From Paraspadella gotoi (lineage: Eukaryota; Animalia; Chaetognatha), in assembly GCA_051294375.1 (NCBI GenBank), contig CM119264.1, positions 23,123,955-23,187,954 on the forward strand: a DNA stretch of 64,000 nucleotides. Direction: 5' to 3'. The translations under genes were made by a program, and so were the position numbers. Shown piece by piece: positions 1 through 13,400 of this stretch. Each line of letters starts with the position of its first letter. Position 1 is the first letter of the stretch. The notes under the pieces are model-generated. The model was not told where the DNA came from. It searched no databases and saw nothing but the letters and a program-made list of their open reading frames with translations.

Positions 1-240
1 TCCTTTCTTCTTCTCTCTTTCTCGCCTGCTTATCTTTCCTTTAATCAAATCTTTCTTATCTCCCTCTCCTCTCTACGGCCTGCTTCCTTTCTTCCTCTCT
101 TTCTCCCCTTACTTCCTTTAATCAAATCTTTCTATCTCCCTCTCCTCTCTACGGCCTGCTTCCTTTCTTCTCTCTATTTCCTCCCCTCTCTTCCTTTAAT
201 CAAATCCTTTTATCTCCCTATCCTCTCTCTCGGCTTCTGA
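1..240. repeat. Pyrimidine-rich tandem repeat, ~78-bp unit, ~3 copies
   Basis: TTCCTTTAATCAAATC recurs at ~36, ~113 and ~191 with shared CTCTCCTCTCTACGGCCTGCTT context. Confidence 0.75.
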
Positions 241-1379
241 TAATCGAAAACCCGCCGGGGGAAGGGAAATGAAAATAAACAAATGCGGGGAAAAAAAAGA
301 GAAAAACACAAATGAAAAAAAAGAGGAAAATGAAAAAAAGAAAAAACCGTCAATAAAAAAAAATGATTTGAAGATAGAAAAAAAAAGAACAAATAATCTT
401 TAAAAAAGTGAATAAACAAGACTCAAGGAACATAAAAAGTGAAATAATTAAAAATTAATAAAAGATGAAAAACAGCAATGAAAAAGTGGCAAAAAGATGA
501 TGAAAAGGGCGCATTTTGTAAACGATGGATTAGATGTAATCATCATCATGATTATCATCGACGTTTTCAAGGTCGTCATCCTCAAATTTGTAAATTATCT
601 TCATCACCAACATTACATCAATTTCGTTCTTATTGGAATGGGAAACGGACTAAAATATTTCATATTTCAGAATAACGATTAAGTTGAAAAACTAAAAAAA
701 GAAAAACATCCGTCCTGAACAGAGACAACAACAAAAGCGCCGAAGATAACAACATCAGCATCAACAAAAAAAAACAGCTCATGTCGTCGATAATGTTTTG
801 GCGCGTTGAACCAAGTGGCTTCCAAGTGGCTAACAAGCTCGTTAACAAGGAGTACTTGGCACACATTTTAAGTTCTGAATGATATTTTATGTTTTATATA
901 TTTTATTATAGTGCTTTAAACTAATGAATGAGTAATGACCATAAAAAGGACCAAGCTTTCGAGAAGCTCTCAGGAGCTAATGGCTAACTTACTCATTTGT
1001 ACTATACTAGTATACAAAGGTTAGAATATTGTTATCAAGGGAGATATAATAAATTCAATGGAAGAAACAAAGAAAACAAAAGAATTTCATCGTTACCTGC
1101 AACCCTTAAAAGAAAATTTAATGATGGATAAAATTTAATGTCCTGTGCGCATGAAGAAAACAATTTATAATCTTCTGTTTTGTTTAAGACTTTTATTACA
1201 ATGGATAATAGATATATAAATTTCACACTAATCCTTGCCCTATTTTCCCTGCGACATCGGCCTCTCTCCTTTACACTTCCTTCCACCTTTTTCTCTACGA
1301 ATACTCACACCCCTCCCCAAACCTCATCCACCTCTAATCACCCACCCCCTTACTCACTACCTCCCCGCTTCTCCTTCAG

Positions 1380-1561
1380 ATGGTTGGATCGCACTCTGAC
1401 TCAAGCCATCTCTCTCCGCTCAGTCGCCTTCCCCGAGCATCCAGTCACCAAAACAGAAAATCCCATCGCACAGTAAGTGGAAAAAAGCCCAGAAAAAACG
1501 GGGGGGAAAAGGGCCATAAAAGTGTGCGCTCTCTCTCTCTCACTCTCTCACTCTCTCGCTT

Positions 1562-1611
<50 letters not shown>

Positions 1612-1646
1612 CTCTCTCTTCTCTTTTCTCTTATACTCTTTCTCTT

Positions 1647-1701
<55 letters not shown>

Positions 1702-4029
1702 CTCTCTCCGCGGTCGCCTAAACGCGATGGAGCCAATTTCTTTTTACTTTTTTTTCTTTTTTGATCCCAAACAATCGACTTACGACGCAGCGGTCGCGCG
1801 TGATTGCACCGCGGATGGCACCGGGGATGCCATCGCATCTGGCACCGCGGATGACTCCGCATTGGCGCCGCAGTTGGTTTTACGGTGCCGACTGATTGCT
1901 AAACAATATGGTGGAGTGATTTCCTTAAGATTTGCGCCGTCGTACCTATTTCATGGCACTGCATTTAGCGCCGTATGAGTCGCCTTTCTTTGGAAAGACG
2001 CCGAATATTGTCAAAGGTCAAAAGAGTCAAAAATAGCCTCGGGATCAAAGAGGTCAAAAGGATCCGCGAGGTCGCAAAAAAGGTCACGAGGGTCAAGTTT
2101 ATTGTCCTTCGAGGGTCTGGCTCGAAGTTTGGAAGGAAAGGAAAGAGAAAGAAGAAGAAGAGAAAAGGTAGGTATGTATAGAATAGGAAGGAAATAAAGT
2201 AAAAGAGTTAGCGACTGTTTGAGGTCAGAATGATACGAAATAGGAAGGGAGAGGGTCGGTTCTAAATATGATGGAGATCAAATTTTCCCACTGTTTGAGA
2301 CAGGGCAGTACTAAATGTGTCCGACGAAGAGAATAGACGCTTCCTTTGTTTTTCACTCAATAGAAATCCACGCCAAATGAAACTAATATATTATGTTTAT
2401 ATATCTCCTAAAATATTATTTCATTTACACGGATCGGTATCGCTATTAATTTTTTTTATTTCGTCTCAAGAGAATATATCTCCTTCTCTGAATTTGAATT
2501 AATAAAATTAACTCGCTTGAGATTATATCCTTTCTCTTGATGAGATCAACTCTCTACTCGCTACTTTTCTTCCGATATTATATCCATCATCGAAAATGGA
2601 TGGACTCTCTATTCTCCTTGTCTCTCACTATTCAATCTCGGCTCATAATCACATTTTCTCGCCTCACGCTGTATCCGATTTTTTTTCCCTCACAAATTGA
2701 ATCACCATTGTAAATCTGATCTTCCGACCAAAGATGACTCGTATTTCTTTTCGTTTTAAGGAAAATGAGTTTTTCTCATATCGAGTGGTCGATATGAAAA
2801 TATTGTCAAGGAAAAAAAAAAAGATAATTCGTTATCAAATGTTTATAAAACAAAAAAATAAACCAAAAAAAAAAAGTCAAATCGCGTAACACTCGAACAT
2901 CCTTCGCCACCCTCCCCCTCTTAATCCTCTGCCACCCTCCACCGCCGACCGCCACTCCAGACCCGCCAACAGCTACGGTCTCGAGTGGCTCCTGGCCAAC
3001 GCTGGCCTCCTCCTCATGCTGGCCGGGCTCCTCCTCCTCATCCTCTTCCTCTTCTCCCTCCTCGTCTTCCTTCGTCGTCGCGGCGTCATCTTTTGTCCCG
3101 GAAACCGGAAGCTGGTCATCAGGTGGGGGATCGGGTTGGGGATTGGGCTGGGGATGAGGTGGTGCGGGAACAGGTGGAGATTAAAAAAATGGAATGGATG
3201 GGGGAAGAATGTGGAACGGGAATGACTAAGGAAGAGGTCGGGATCGGGTGGGGGATTGGGTTGGGGATGGAGTGGGGAACAGGTTTAGATTAAGGAGGGA
3301 ATGACTGAGGGAAGAGGTCGGGGATCGGGTGGGGATTGTGTTTGGGGATGAGGTGGGGGGAACAGGTTGGAGATTAAGGGGAATGAAATGGGGATAGATT
3401 TTGGAACGGTGGGGATCGGGTGGGGGGATTAAGAAGGAAATGACTGAGGATGAGGTCGGAGATCGGGTGGGGGATAATGTGGGGGAAAAAGGCTGGGATA
3501 GGGATAGGATGTAGGGCAAGGCTTAATTGAATTATGACAGGGAGAAGGAAGAATATTTGAAGTGCGAACAAGAAAGATCAGGTAAAGAAAGTAGGGAAAG
3601 TTAGGGAAAATGTGAACTTTACTGATAAATATTACGAAACGGGGTTTAATTTGTTTTTGTTACTAAAAAATAAGAAAAACGAAATTAATGATCCTACTCC
3701 TTTTTCTCCTCTTTCTCTTTCTCTCCCTGCTTCCGCCTCCGCCGCCGCCTGCGCCGCCGCCTCCTCCGCTTCCGCCACAGAGATCCTCTCGGCAACGGCA
3801 TCGGGACTTTCGGCGGCGTCGCTTCCGCCTCCGCCTCTTGTCACGAAATCGGGTTCCTCGCCAACTCGGGCTACAAGACTGTGGACACGAGGGACGTTTA
3901 CAATATGGAGAGGTGAGTGAGTGTGGTCATTCTCGCTATTTTTTAGTTGTTATTGTTCCTTCCCAAGTTTACATCAGTGTCGGGATATTAAAGTCATCAT
4001 TAACTCCCTATTTTATCATCTCTATATCA

Positions 4030-4077
<48 letters not shown>

Positions 4078-4588
4078 TTCTCTCTCTCTCCTCTCTTCTC
4101 TCTCTCTTCTCTCTCTCCGCCCATCTCCCAACGCCATCGTTCCAGGACGGGAAGCGTCGCCGTGTGGCCGATTCCAGAATCACATTTGGAAGGCGGCGAC
4201 TGCGGCGGCTCCGGCGTCGGCGGCGGCGTCGACGGCGTCAAAAACGGGCGCTCCGTCTCTTCGTACGATATGGCGCCGGCCTCCTACGCCTCCATGATCC
4301 CGCGCCTTCACTCACTTCCGGTTCAATTGGGTAAGTTCTCTCGTTCTCACTCTTTTTTTGGGGGCGAATTTGACGATCGAAGGGTTTTTAATTTGATTCG
4401 TTGAATAGCGCCTCACTTTTTATTTGCCGTTTTAAAATTGAAAAACGTATCGTCTCAGTATTTCTGAGTAGTAGTTACTATTTTGTTTCTCGTATTATTG
4501 ATTAGTGATTACTATTGCTATTTTAATCGTATTGTTAACAGGTAGAAAGGATTGCACTAAATCGTCAATTAGTCGAATTTGCGAATAA
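1380..4588 (+). CDS. 3' part of a single-pass (type I-like) membrane protein, 5'-truncated; exons 1380-1472, 2961-3122, 3781-3912, 4146-4330, probable last exon 4542-4588
   Basis: GT-AG exons join in frame (phases 2,2,2,1): ...RWLDRTLTQAISLRSVAFPEHPVTKTENPIAQPANSYGLEWLLANAGLLLMLAGLLLLILFLFSLLVFLRRRGVIFCPGNRKLVIRDPLGNG...SYDMAPASYASMIPRLHSLPVQLGRKDCTKSSISRICE*. Hydrophobic helix followed by RRR stop-transfer. The last exon is tentative and the family was not recognised. Confidence 0.7.
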
Positions 4589-4978
4589 TATTTTTATTTC
4601 CCCTTTTTCTTTTTATTCGATTGTCTTTTTTTATTCGTACTTTTCGTTTTATTCTCTTCTCTCTTTTTTCGTCGCCATCTTTGTTTTCGTTACTTTTGAG
4701 CTTTTGACTTTGAAACGAGCGTCGAGGGACAACAACATTTTTTTTCTTAGCGGCGCCGACGAAAAAACTGTTTTCTTTTGTTCCGTCGATTGTCTTTCTT
4801 TTCTCTTTCTCTCTCTCTCGTTTATTCGATGTTTAATCCTCATCGTTATATTCATTTGAATTGGTATTTTAGGTGTTTGCATTGAGCACTTTTTTTATTG
4901 GTTTTTCTTTTTCTTTTTTGTTATTAGATTCATTTTGATCTTAGATTTTGATCTTGATTTAGTGTTGTTTTTTTTTGT

Positions 4979-5116
4979 NNNNNNNNNNNNNNNNNNNNNN
5001 NNNNNNNNNNNNNNNNNNNNNNNNNNNNNNNNNNNNNNNNNNNNNNNNNNNNNNNNNNNNNNNNNNNNNNNNNNNNNNNNNNNNNNNNNNNNNNNNNNNN
5101 NNNNNNNNNNNNNNNN
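4979..5116. other. Assembly gap (other gaps at 12461-12470, 46328-46353, 49210-49219)
   Basis: Runs of N. Confidence 0.99.
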
Positions 5117-5152
<36 letters not shown>

Positions 5153-5874
5153 CTTCATCGCCTTAAAATCTAAGCTTGACAAACTCATTAAAAATCGATC
5201 ACGAAAAATATTTCCCTCCTATTTTTTTTTACTTCCCGAAAATAAAAACACGAGGCGACTTGAAATTCATCGAGATTTCAATTTACTGGGATCAACGTAA
5301 ACAAAAACAAAAAGCGACGACGAAAAATGAATTTAAAAACTTGGTATATTTTTTCATTCAAGATTAAAAAACGTATATATGTTTCCGACGGCGCCTATAG
5401 ATTTCAAAACAGTCACAACAAAGTGGTACAATTTCATTTTTTACTTTTATTTCAACGGAAAATTATGACAAAATGTATCCGATGGGAACACATCTCTTCT
5501 GAATTGATTAACTATGTCGTACATATAAGTTAATTATGAGATAACGATGCAGAATTATCGCTTTAGTTTTAGCCTTTTGTTTCACAATCACAACTGTTAA
5601 CGCGATGAAGGCTTGTATTATTATTAAGCCGAAACATGTCCGTTTCTCTACTGAAAAAAATATCTCGTTGTTGAAATCAATTTCAAACTTTTCTAATAAC
5701 ATCAACACAACGAAAAAGAACAAAGAACAAAGAACCTGAAATGATCCTTCTATTAAAGTATTATGAAATTTGCCACGGATGTGAGAAGATCTGGAAAAGA
5801 AAACGGAAATGAAAAAAATCGAGGTTAAAATATGCGGGAGAAACGTCGAGGGATGGAGATAATGGAGAAAGGTC

Positions 5875-5915
<41 letters not shown>

Positions 5916-6224
5916 TGGGATGGAGGCGAGAGAATTAAGCTAAGGTAGATAAAATGAAAGGTTGTTGCTAGCAAAACAAAATGAGAGAAGAGATACAGAA
6001 AGATACAGACATTAAACAAAGAGGTAAAAATATGAAACCAGGAAAGAAAAACGCGAAAAAATAAAAAAAAAAAAAACAAAAGAACTTTTTTTGAAAAAAA
6101 AAAAAAAAGTTGAAAGATTTTGACGCGAAAAAAAGAAAAGTGGGAATCGAAATTCTGACGAGGATAGTCGCAAGGCGAAGCAAGGTTGGCTCCAAACGTG
6201 TCATGAGGACGAAGGATATTAGAG

Positions 6225-6255
<31 letters not shown>

Positions 6256-6690
6256 GGAGAGAGAGAGAGAGAGAAGAGATGAGAGAGAGAGAGAGAGAGA
6301 GGCAGGCTGATACAAAGGTGAGAACATAATGACAACTTGAGTAGAAAATTCGAGACAAGCACGAGGGCTCTACTAGGTGGAGACTGGGAGGTGGAGCGTT
6401 TCAGGGGTGGTTGACGAGCAGACCTGAAAAGAAGATGGTGTTCGCAGGGGTAGAGAAGGGACAATTCACCACCACCACTAGTTCACGCTTACAACGGTCT
6501 CTCCATCTCTTCATTTTTTTTTCACTTCTTTTCCACCACTCAACTGTCTCTGCTTTTTTTTCACTTTTTCCAGCTTTTCGATTTTTTGCTGTTTGGTTTT
6601 CTTTTTCCTTCTCGTTCTCCGCCTTTTTACTCAATTTTGCCTCCGACTTCTGCTTTTTTTACAAGTATTGTTAACCGCTTTTTCTCTCCT

Positions 6691-7585
6691 CTTTTAAGTT
6701 GCTTATAAGTCACTTTTCGGTCGGTCGGTCGGTATGTCTGTCCGTCGGTCTGTCTCAAGTAAATTTAAAATGTATTTAATTTGCCTATAGTAGGAGTCTA
6801 CGTCGTTCTTAGAAATCGAGGAAGACTTTTTCAATGGAGATTTTCGTTAAAATCTGACTACCAAATAATGTCAACGCCCCTGGGAAAAATTCAGGTAAAA
6901 AATAGATGTAAAAACACTCGATTCCGATCCTGTTGCATCTGAAGGGCTCGCATTTTTTTTCTCTTGACAAATAACCATCATTTTGACATCAAACCATCAG
7001 ATTCAAATGGACTGGTCGCTCGGGAAAATATTTTCGATGCAATTTTTATATATAAATAAGGGGATTTCTCAACTTCAATACAATGTCAACGCATTTAACA
7101 TATGTTGTGATTTTACATAAACTTCAAATTCAGGAATCCAATAGCTTATATCTGAAGGGCTCTCAAAATTTATTTTCTTTACATTTTATTTGGTTATTTT
7201 GATATGATCGACATCTGGGAAAGTGCATTAGTCCATTTATGGTGAAATTTTTATTTTAAAGTAAAAAGTAAAAGAGGAGCTAACGATCAGAATTCTAAGA
7301 GTTTTCAACCGGGAGTCAGATTCAGTAAAAATCTTCTTATGGCGAAAATCTTCAAAGAAGGGGGGAGATTTTCCGATATTTTGGTTGATATTTTCTATAT
7401 TTATGGTAGGATTTTTTTGAAACTTAATATTAACAATATTGCCATCATTCTACCTTGGCCGGTATAAGAATATATATAAAACACCTCTGGCTTTGTTCGT
7501 CAGAGCTTAGTCCTACCTATAGGTGGTTGCTCTTTTGTTAATACAGAAAAAAACCTCAAATCTAAGAGACTGCTTGCCCTGTTTT
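6691..7585 (+). mobile_element. Degenerate Helentron-associated (HINE/DINE-like) non-autonomous element
   Basis: TTTTAAG...TATAAGTCACTTTTCGGTCGGTCGGTCGGTATGTCTGTCCGTCGGTCTGTC (GTCY/GTCG microsatellite near the 5' end) and GAGACTGCTTGCCCTGTT near 7566-7583. Boundaries approximate. Confidence 0.4.
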
Positions 7586-8927
7586 CAGTAAATCCTAAAA
7601 CTAAAAATAAATAAAAGATGGAATTTTGATGCAGTGCATGTCATAAATATACGGGCTAACAAAGTTATTGTAATCATATAGTCATGTTATTTCGCGTCAT
7701 ATTATGTCATGTCACGATTCACAAAAAATACACCTGATAAGGCAGTCACTGCGGCGCAACACATTTGAATTACCGTTCTTGTTTTTTCACTTTCTTTTTT
7801 ATTTCGCTCCGATTTTTCTTCTCTGCCCGTCGAGATTTTTCCTTTTTTATTTCGGAGAAAAAAAAACGCGATGGGAATCCATTATTTCCATTTTTATCCA
7901 GGAACCTTTTTATCTTCATCGTTTTATTTCCTTTTTTTTATCCCAGACTCCGTTTTATCATGATCATTTTCTTTCCCATTAGAATTACGCGCGCATTTTA
8001 TTCGAGGAAGGGATTTGAAGCGCCTACGGTTATGGAGGGCTGGTTAGTTGGGGGTTGGAAAAGTGGGAGAATTAGAGGCGGAAGAAGATAATAGATTTGA
8101 GGATTAAAAAGAAGGAAAGATAAGGTGAGAGAATAGCGGTGGTGATTGGAGTGAAAGTGGAATAGAAAGTTCACCGTGGGATGTTGGAGGAGGAAAGACG
8201 GATTTGTTATTTTTGAAAATGAGAAACATAGAGACGGTTGAGACTTAACCATTTCGAACAACGCCAATCGAAACTGTCAAGTCGAAACTTGACGTTGATC
8301 ACGCCTTCTTAAATTTTTGACTTCGATGGCGCGCGCTGCCGCCGCCGCAACCGTCTCCTTCTATGCCGAAGCCAAGACGGTGTTGCCGCCGCCGCCGCTA
8401 CCTCTAGCGCCGACTTTATCGGATATAAAGAAAAAAATATTTAAAACAAAGCGCAGACGTAAAAAAGATATAAAGGAAAAAAAAAACGAATTTCGTTTCT
8501 CCGGAACCGAATTTCCGCGCGAAATAAGAATCGCAAAGTGTGTTTACCATATTTGGCATCGTCACGCGAGGAGATTGCGAGCGCTATACCAATGCGCGCA
8601 GCTGCGTGCAAATGGGCGGCAGTGAGCGCACTGTTTTGATATATAGCGCGCAGCGGCGTGTAGGCGGGTGTTAAGCCTAAAGAGTGCATGTTAGGCTATT
8701 AATTGTGATGAGGTAAGTAGGTACAGCAAAGTTAGGGGACCAGTAGAGAAAAATAGATCATATTGAGGTGCCAGGCTGCATGCACTGGCATAAACGTGGG
8801 CGGAGTAGCTTTATTCCGTGCGTAATGGCGCGAAATTGGTGTTTTTACTTCCCCTACCCTGAATCGTTGGAGACGAAACGTCGCGGTGTTAAACTTCCAA
8901 TCTTTGGATCCACACCTACGGTAACAC

Positions 8928-8962
<35 letters not shown>

Positions 8963-10614
8963 TCTCTCTCTCTCTCCTCTCTCTCTCAATCGCGCGCTTG
9001 GTTAATATTGTTGTGTCCCAAAAACAGAATTAGTTCGGCTCCACTCGTAGCATGATGCAATCAAGTTTTTGAGACGCGCGAGATTGTGAGAGGTGGTGGA
9101 AGAGAGGGCGGAGAGAAGTAGGGAAAGAAAGGGGAAAGAGGGAGGGAGAAGAGAAGGAGGGTAGGAAGCGGAAAAAAGGTAGGGAAAAAATGTGGGAGGA
9201 GGAGAAGGAGGGTAGGAAGGGAAAAGAGAGGGAGGAGAAGAAGGAGGGTAGGAGGGAAAAAAGGTAGGGAAAAAATGTAGGGAGGAGGAGAAGGAGGGTA
9301 GGAAGGAAAAAAAGAGGGGAGGAGAAGAAGGAGGGTAGGAAGGGGAAAAGAGGTGGGGAGGAAGAGAAGTTGAGATATTAACAAAGAAAGAGAGAGAGCG
9401 AGAGAGCAAGAGAGAGAGAAGGAGAGATAGAGAGAGATAGAGAGAGAGAGAGAGAGTGGGACAGAAACCAAATTATTTTTCTCTTTTTTGTTAAATTCAT
9501 TATCATCGTCATCTATCATCTGTATATTATCTCTTGTTTAAGTCTTACTCTTAGCATTAAACCTCAGTTTCGAAACTGAACCATATCCCAATGTCGCTCG
9601 TCCCGCTCATCCTCACAGTCCTATCATCCCCGTCCCATCTCGTCACGCGAATCCATTGTCTCGCGTTCCATCCTTATTTTCGTTTATCTGCTTAACAATC
9701 TTAACGAGTTTCTCAGCCGACTTTGCCGACACTGCCGACGCTGGCGCCGCCGACTCTCGCGAGACCGAGAAAACCACCACCAAAAGCTGATTCCGAGGCA
9801 GACACAACAGTGGCGACATTCTTCGCCATGTTTCTATCCCCCACGATCCCCTGCTTCATCACCTTTTTCAACTCTTTTGATTTCCATTCAAATCTTCACC
9901 CCCTCGCCTTTCCCAATACCTCCCTCCTCCCCCCTAAGCCTCCCCCCCCTTTTTTTCGTCCGCCTCCTCGTTCCGAATTCGTTCGCGGCTCGATTCCCCC
10001 GCGAGGGCGACTCCAGAGCCGAGGCTCCGCGGCGGCGAACCGCGAAAACCCCTCCTCCCTTTCCCCGCGGAGACAAAAGAGCAGTCGCCGGGCGAACAAA
10101 AGGACAACCCTGCATCTTAATTTCTGGGAGGGCGGGAGAAAGTAGGAGGTGGAGGGAGGAAAGAGAGGTAGGAAAAAATAAAAAAAGGGAGAGGGAGGGA
10201 CAAGGGAGATTAGGAGAGAAGAAAGATGTTGGGAAAAAAAGATGCGTTGAAATATAAGAGAATAGGAAAGGTGACTGGGAAAATAGAAAAGAAGGTCGGC
10301 TCGAGAGAAGGACGAAGAGTGAAAGAAAGTTAAGGGCAGAAAAATAAGGAATGAAAAAAAGTTAAGGTAGTAACAAATACGAAAAGGGAAGAAAATTGTT
10401 GAAAATTTCGAGAATGAATACAAGAAATAAAATAGGGATTGGATGAAGGAAAGATGAGAGGAGGTAAACTGGTATAGAAAAGAAGAAGCATAGAGAATGT
10501 CACAGGGTTGAAAGGAAAAGAAGAAGGAAACGCGAGGAAAATAATAAGGGCTGAGGAGAGGAGGAGAAAATGATTGAGGAATTTTGACTTGAGGAGGAAA
10601 TTCAAACTGAAAAC

Positions 10615-10770
10615 TGGAATAATCGCTGGAGCGAATGCAATCTCGCTGGAGCGAATTGATTCTGGCTGGTGCGAATGGAATTTCGCTGGAGCGAATGGAA
10701 TCTAGCTGGAGAGAATGGAATCTCGCTGAACCGAATTGATTCTCGCTGGATCGAATTGAATCTCGCCGCG
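10615..10770. repeat. 20-bp minisatellite (consensus ~AATCTCGCTGGAGCGAATGG), ~7 copies
   Basis: Directly visible tandem units; the core TCGCT-GG-AGCGA is self-complementary. Confidence 0.85.
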
Positions 10771-12833
10771 GGGGTTGTAGGAGATAAAAGAGAGAGTGGT
10801 CAGGAGAGAATGGAGAGAAATGGTGCACCGATTATTGACCACAATTCAAACCACATCTCATTCCAATGCCCGGCACCGGAACCCGCAGGAACCGCTTTCG
10901 TGTCGCCCTGGCGGTGACAACGGAGAGACCCCAATTTCGAGTCCTTTGGCCTCTCAACACTTTGCTGCTTTTAAGTCACTCCATACTTATGTGGTATTTC
11001 TATTCAAAAATCGACAAACGACTAGTAAAGTAGTTGAACATGCTCTTTAAATAACTCAGATAGGGGAAGTTGAGATAAATAAAAGAATAGAGCATAACTG
11101 AAACTACCTTGCTACTTTACATCACTCCCCAGTTTCACTCCACTTTCTGCCCCCCCCCTCTCTCCGACTCCAGTCACCATAGAGAGTCATTGTGTTTCTT
11201 TTTTTCTTCTTCTATTCTTTTTTTCTTTTTTTTTCTTTTTTCTTCATTCGCTCCATTGAGTTTTTTTTTCGCGCCGGTTGTCACCGCCGTCCGTCCGTCC
11301 CTCGGTCCGTCCCGGGCTTTCGGCCTCTTTCTTTCATTCACCTCTCTTCCCACTTTCACACTCAGTTTCACAACAGCGCCTTCCATGGTTCACTTTTTTT
11401 CGTGCCTCTTCTCACTTTCATGGTAATCGTTACCATCGTTCCTTTCTCTATAATGGATTCACAAAACCATTTATTCGCGCTGAATGAATATGATAGTGAC
11501 ACGTTGAATCACATTTTATCAAATGACGTTTCAAAGAAACTTTTAACTTAACCGATTATTTTGTTTAAACTTTAATAATTTATAGTATCCAGACAATGTT
11601 AACAAGACGAAAACAGAAAGTTAAAAAAAAACATTAAAAACACACACTATTCTATATTTAGTCAAAACAACCCTCATTGGATATATCTAACAGTCTGAGC
11701 CGCAGGGGGATATCTTTTTCGTGTACTCTCTTCTTTATCACATTTTGGGGTTCATTCGATGTGACCTTTTTCGGTCCGGGAATCTCTTTTTTCTTGTTCA
11801 TTTTGGGCCAGTGTCGTCTTTGTCATCTTTGACACTTCAGTCGCCTCCGCGGTTTTCCCTCTAGTTTCTTTCAACCTTCCACCCTTCCCCCCCAAAAACA
11901 GAATCGACTTACCATCGCTTCCCTCTTCTCTCCATTTCTTTTTTCTTTTTACCCCTTCTCTATTGTCTAATCCTTCTGTTCTTTCATTCTTCTCATCACT
12001 CGCGTCCTCCGAGTCTCTTTAGTCTTTCCTCTCTTTCCTTTCCTCTTCTCTTTTCTCCTCTAATTGATTCCTTTCCAACTTCCTTCACCTTCCTGTTATT
12101 TTTTTTATTTCATCGATCGTTACATCTTTCCTTTTTCCTTTCGTTATCCTTCATCTTCACTTTGGACTTACCTCATTTCTGACTTCCCGTTTGTACGGAT
12201 TCATTTTATTTCTATTTTCACATATTGGATGAAAATGATACTCGAGAAAAAGCGATTCTTTTCATTCGGAATCACAACGAATTTTCAAGTTATATCGCTC
12301 TTTTCTCATCCCACTTCCCGCTCCTCGCCCCTCGCCCCTCGCCCTTTGCCCTTCATCCCTCGCCCTGTTGGACATAAACTCTCGTAATCCGTCGATCTTA
12401 TTAACCTTTTGCAAAAGTGTTTAAAAATATAAACAATCGATATATGTTTACAAACAATACNNNNNNNNNNTAAAAATATAAACAATGGATATTTGTTTAC
12501 AAACAATACAGTTCATTGTTATTTCATTACTTTGTCTAATCATGATTTAATTTGATACAGATCGCATTGATATTAATTAGCCATCGTCGGGGTTTAGTAT
12601 TGGTTTGGTGTTGATTTATATAGTTTATATTGTTTGTATTGAGTGGCTAAACCGAACTTACCTGAGAGGTCATTGATATTACTATTGCTTACCGATGCTT
12701 GCTTTATTGCTTTCCTCTAGTTCTCTAAAGACTCGTTAAATCCTGCGATATTGATACTCCGCTCATCAGCCCCCCGCCCCTCGCCCCTCGCCCCCTCCCC
12801 CTTATTTCAGGCTGGCACGCGGAACAAGCGGCG

Positions 12834-13305
12834 ATGGCGTCCGTGGAGGATCTTCTCCTTCAAGACTGGTCTTCACACGGTTACGCCAAACTGGCCAACG
12901 CGTTGAGGATGAAGGACACGAACAGAGATGGTGAGGAGAAAGGGAAGACAAAAGAAAAGAAAGATAAGGTAACCTATTTATTTATAGTAAAAGAAAAGTC
13001 GAAAAGCGAAAAGACGAATCGATTGAATCACGAAATAAGAGACATTTAATTATAAATTATTATGATTGAAAAAGAATTAAAAAAAATCTTCTGGAATCTT
13101 CTCGAATCTTCTCAAAGGTTACCTCAACATCGAAGAGGTCGACGCTGTCCTCGACTCCTACAACACCGTCTACCATCTGGGCCTCAGCAACAGTCAGCGA
13201 CGAGAGGCGTTGAAGCAGACGTCGACGGACGACGAGACCAACATCGACGCTCTCGTCGTCATGCTGCAGCGGCGGAACGAGGGAAAACAAAAGAGCAGCA
13301 GATGA
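12834..13305 (+). CDS. Small EF-hand protein resembling the C-terminal domain of C1orf87; exons (12811)12834-12930 and 13118-13305, 94 aa from ATG 12834
   Basis: Acceptor TTATTTCAG at 12810 and a phase-1 intron give MASVEDLLLQDWSSHGYAKLANALRMKDTNRDGYLNIEEVDAVLDSYNTVYHLGLSNSQRREALKQTSTDDETNIDALVVMLQRRNEGKQKSSR*. Canonical EF loop DTNRDGYLNIEE. The pattern W..x.KL.NAL...D....G.L..E......YN..Y.L.LS matches my recollection of the C1orf87 C-terminus. Confidence 0.75.
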
Positions 13306-13400
13306 AGACAGCAGATACTGCTGCGGGGGAACGAGGGAAAACAAAAGAGGAGCAGATGAAGACGGCCGATGCTGCTGCGGGGGAACGAGGAAAAGAGCAG
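13263..13400 (+). repeat. 54-bp tandem repeat (~2.5 copies) overlapping the stop codon
   Basis: GGAACGAGG at 13274, 13328 and 13382 (period 54). Confidence 0.85.

Noticed and set aside
12422-12509. 39-bp direct repeat either side of a 10-N gap
   Set aside because: Most likely an unmerged contig overlap.
4146-12930. Classical cadherin cytoplasmic domain (EG..GS...SVSS and LQDW...KLA)
   Set aside because: The resemblance is weak, and the LQDW..KLANAL segment continues into an EF-hand/C1orf87-like domain that explains it better.
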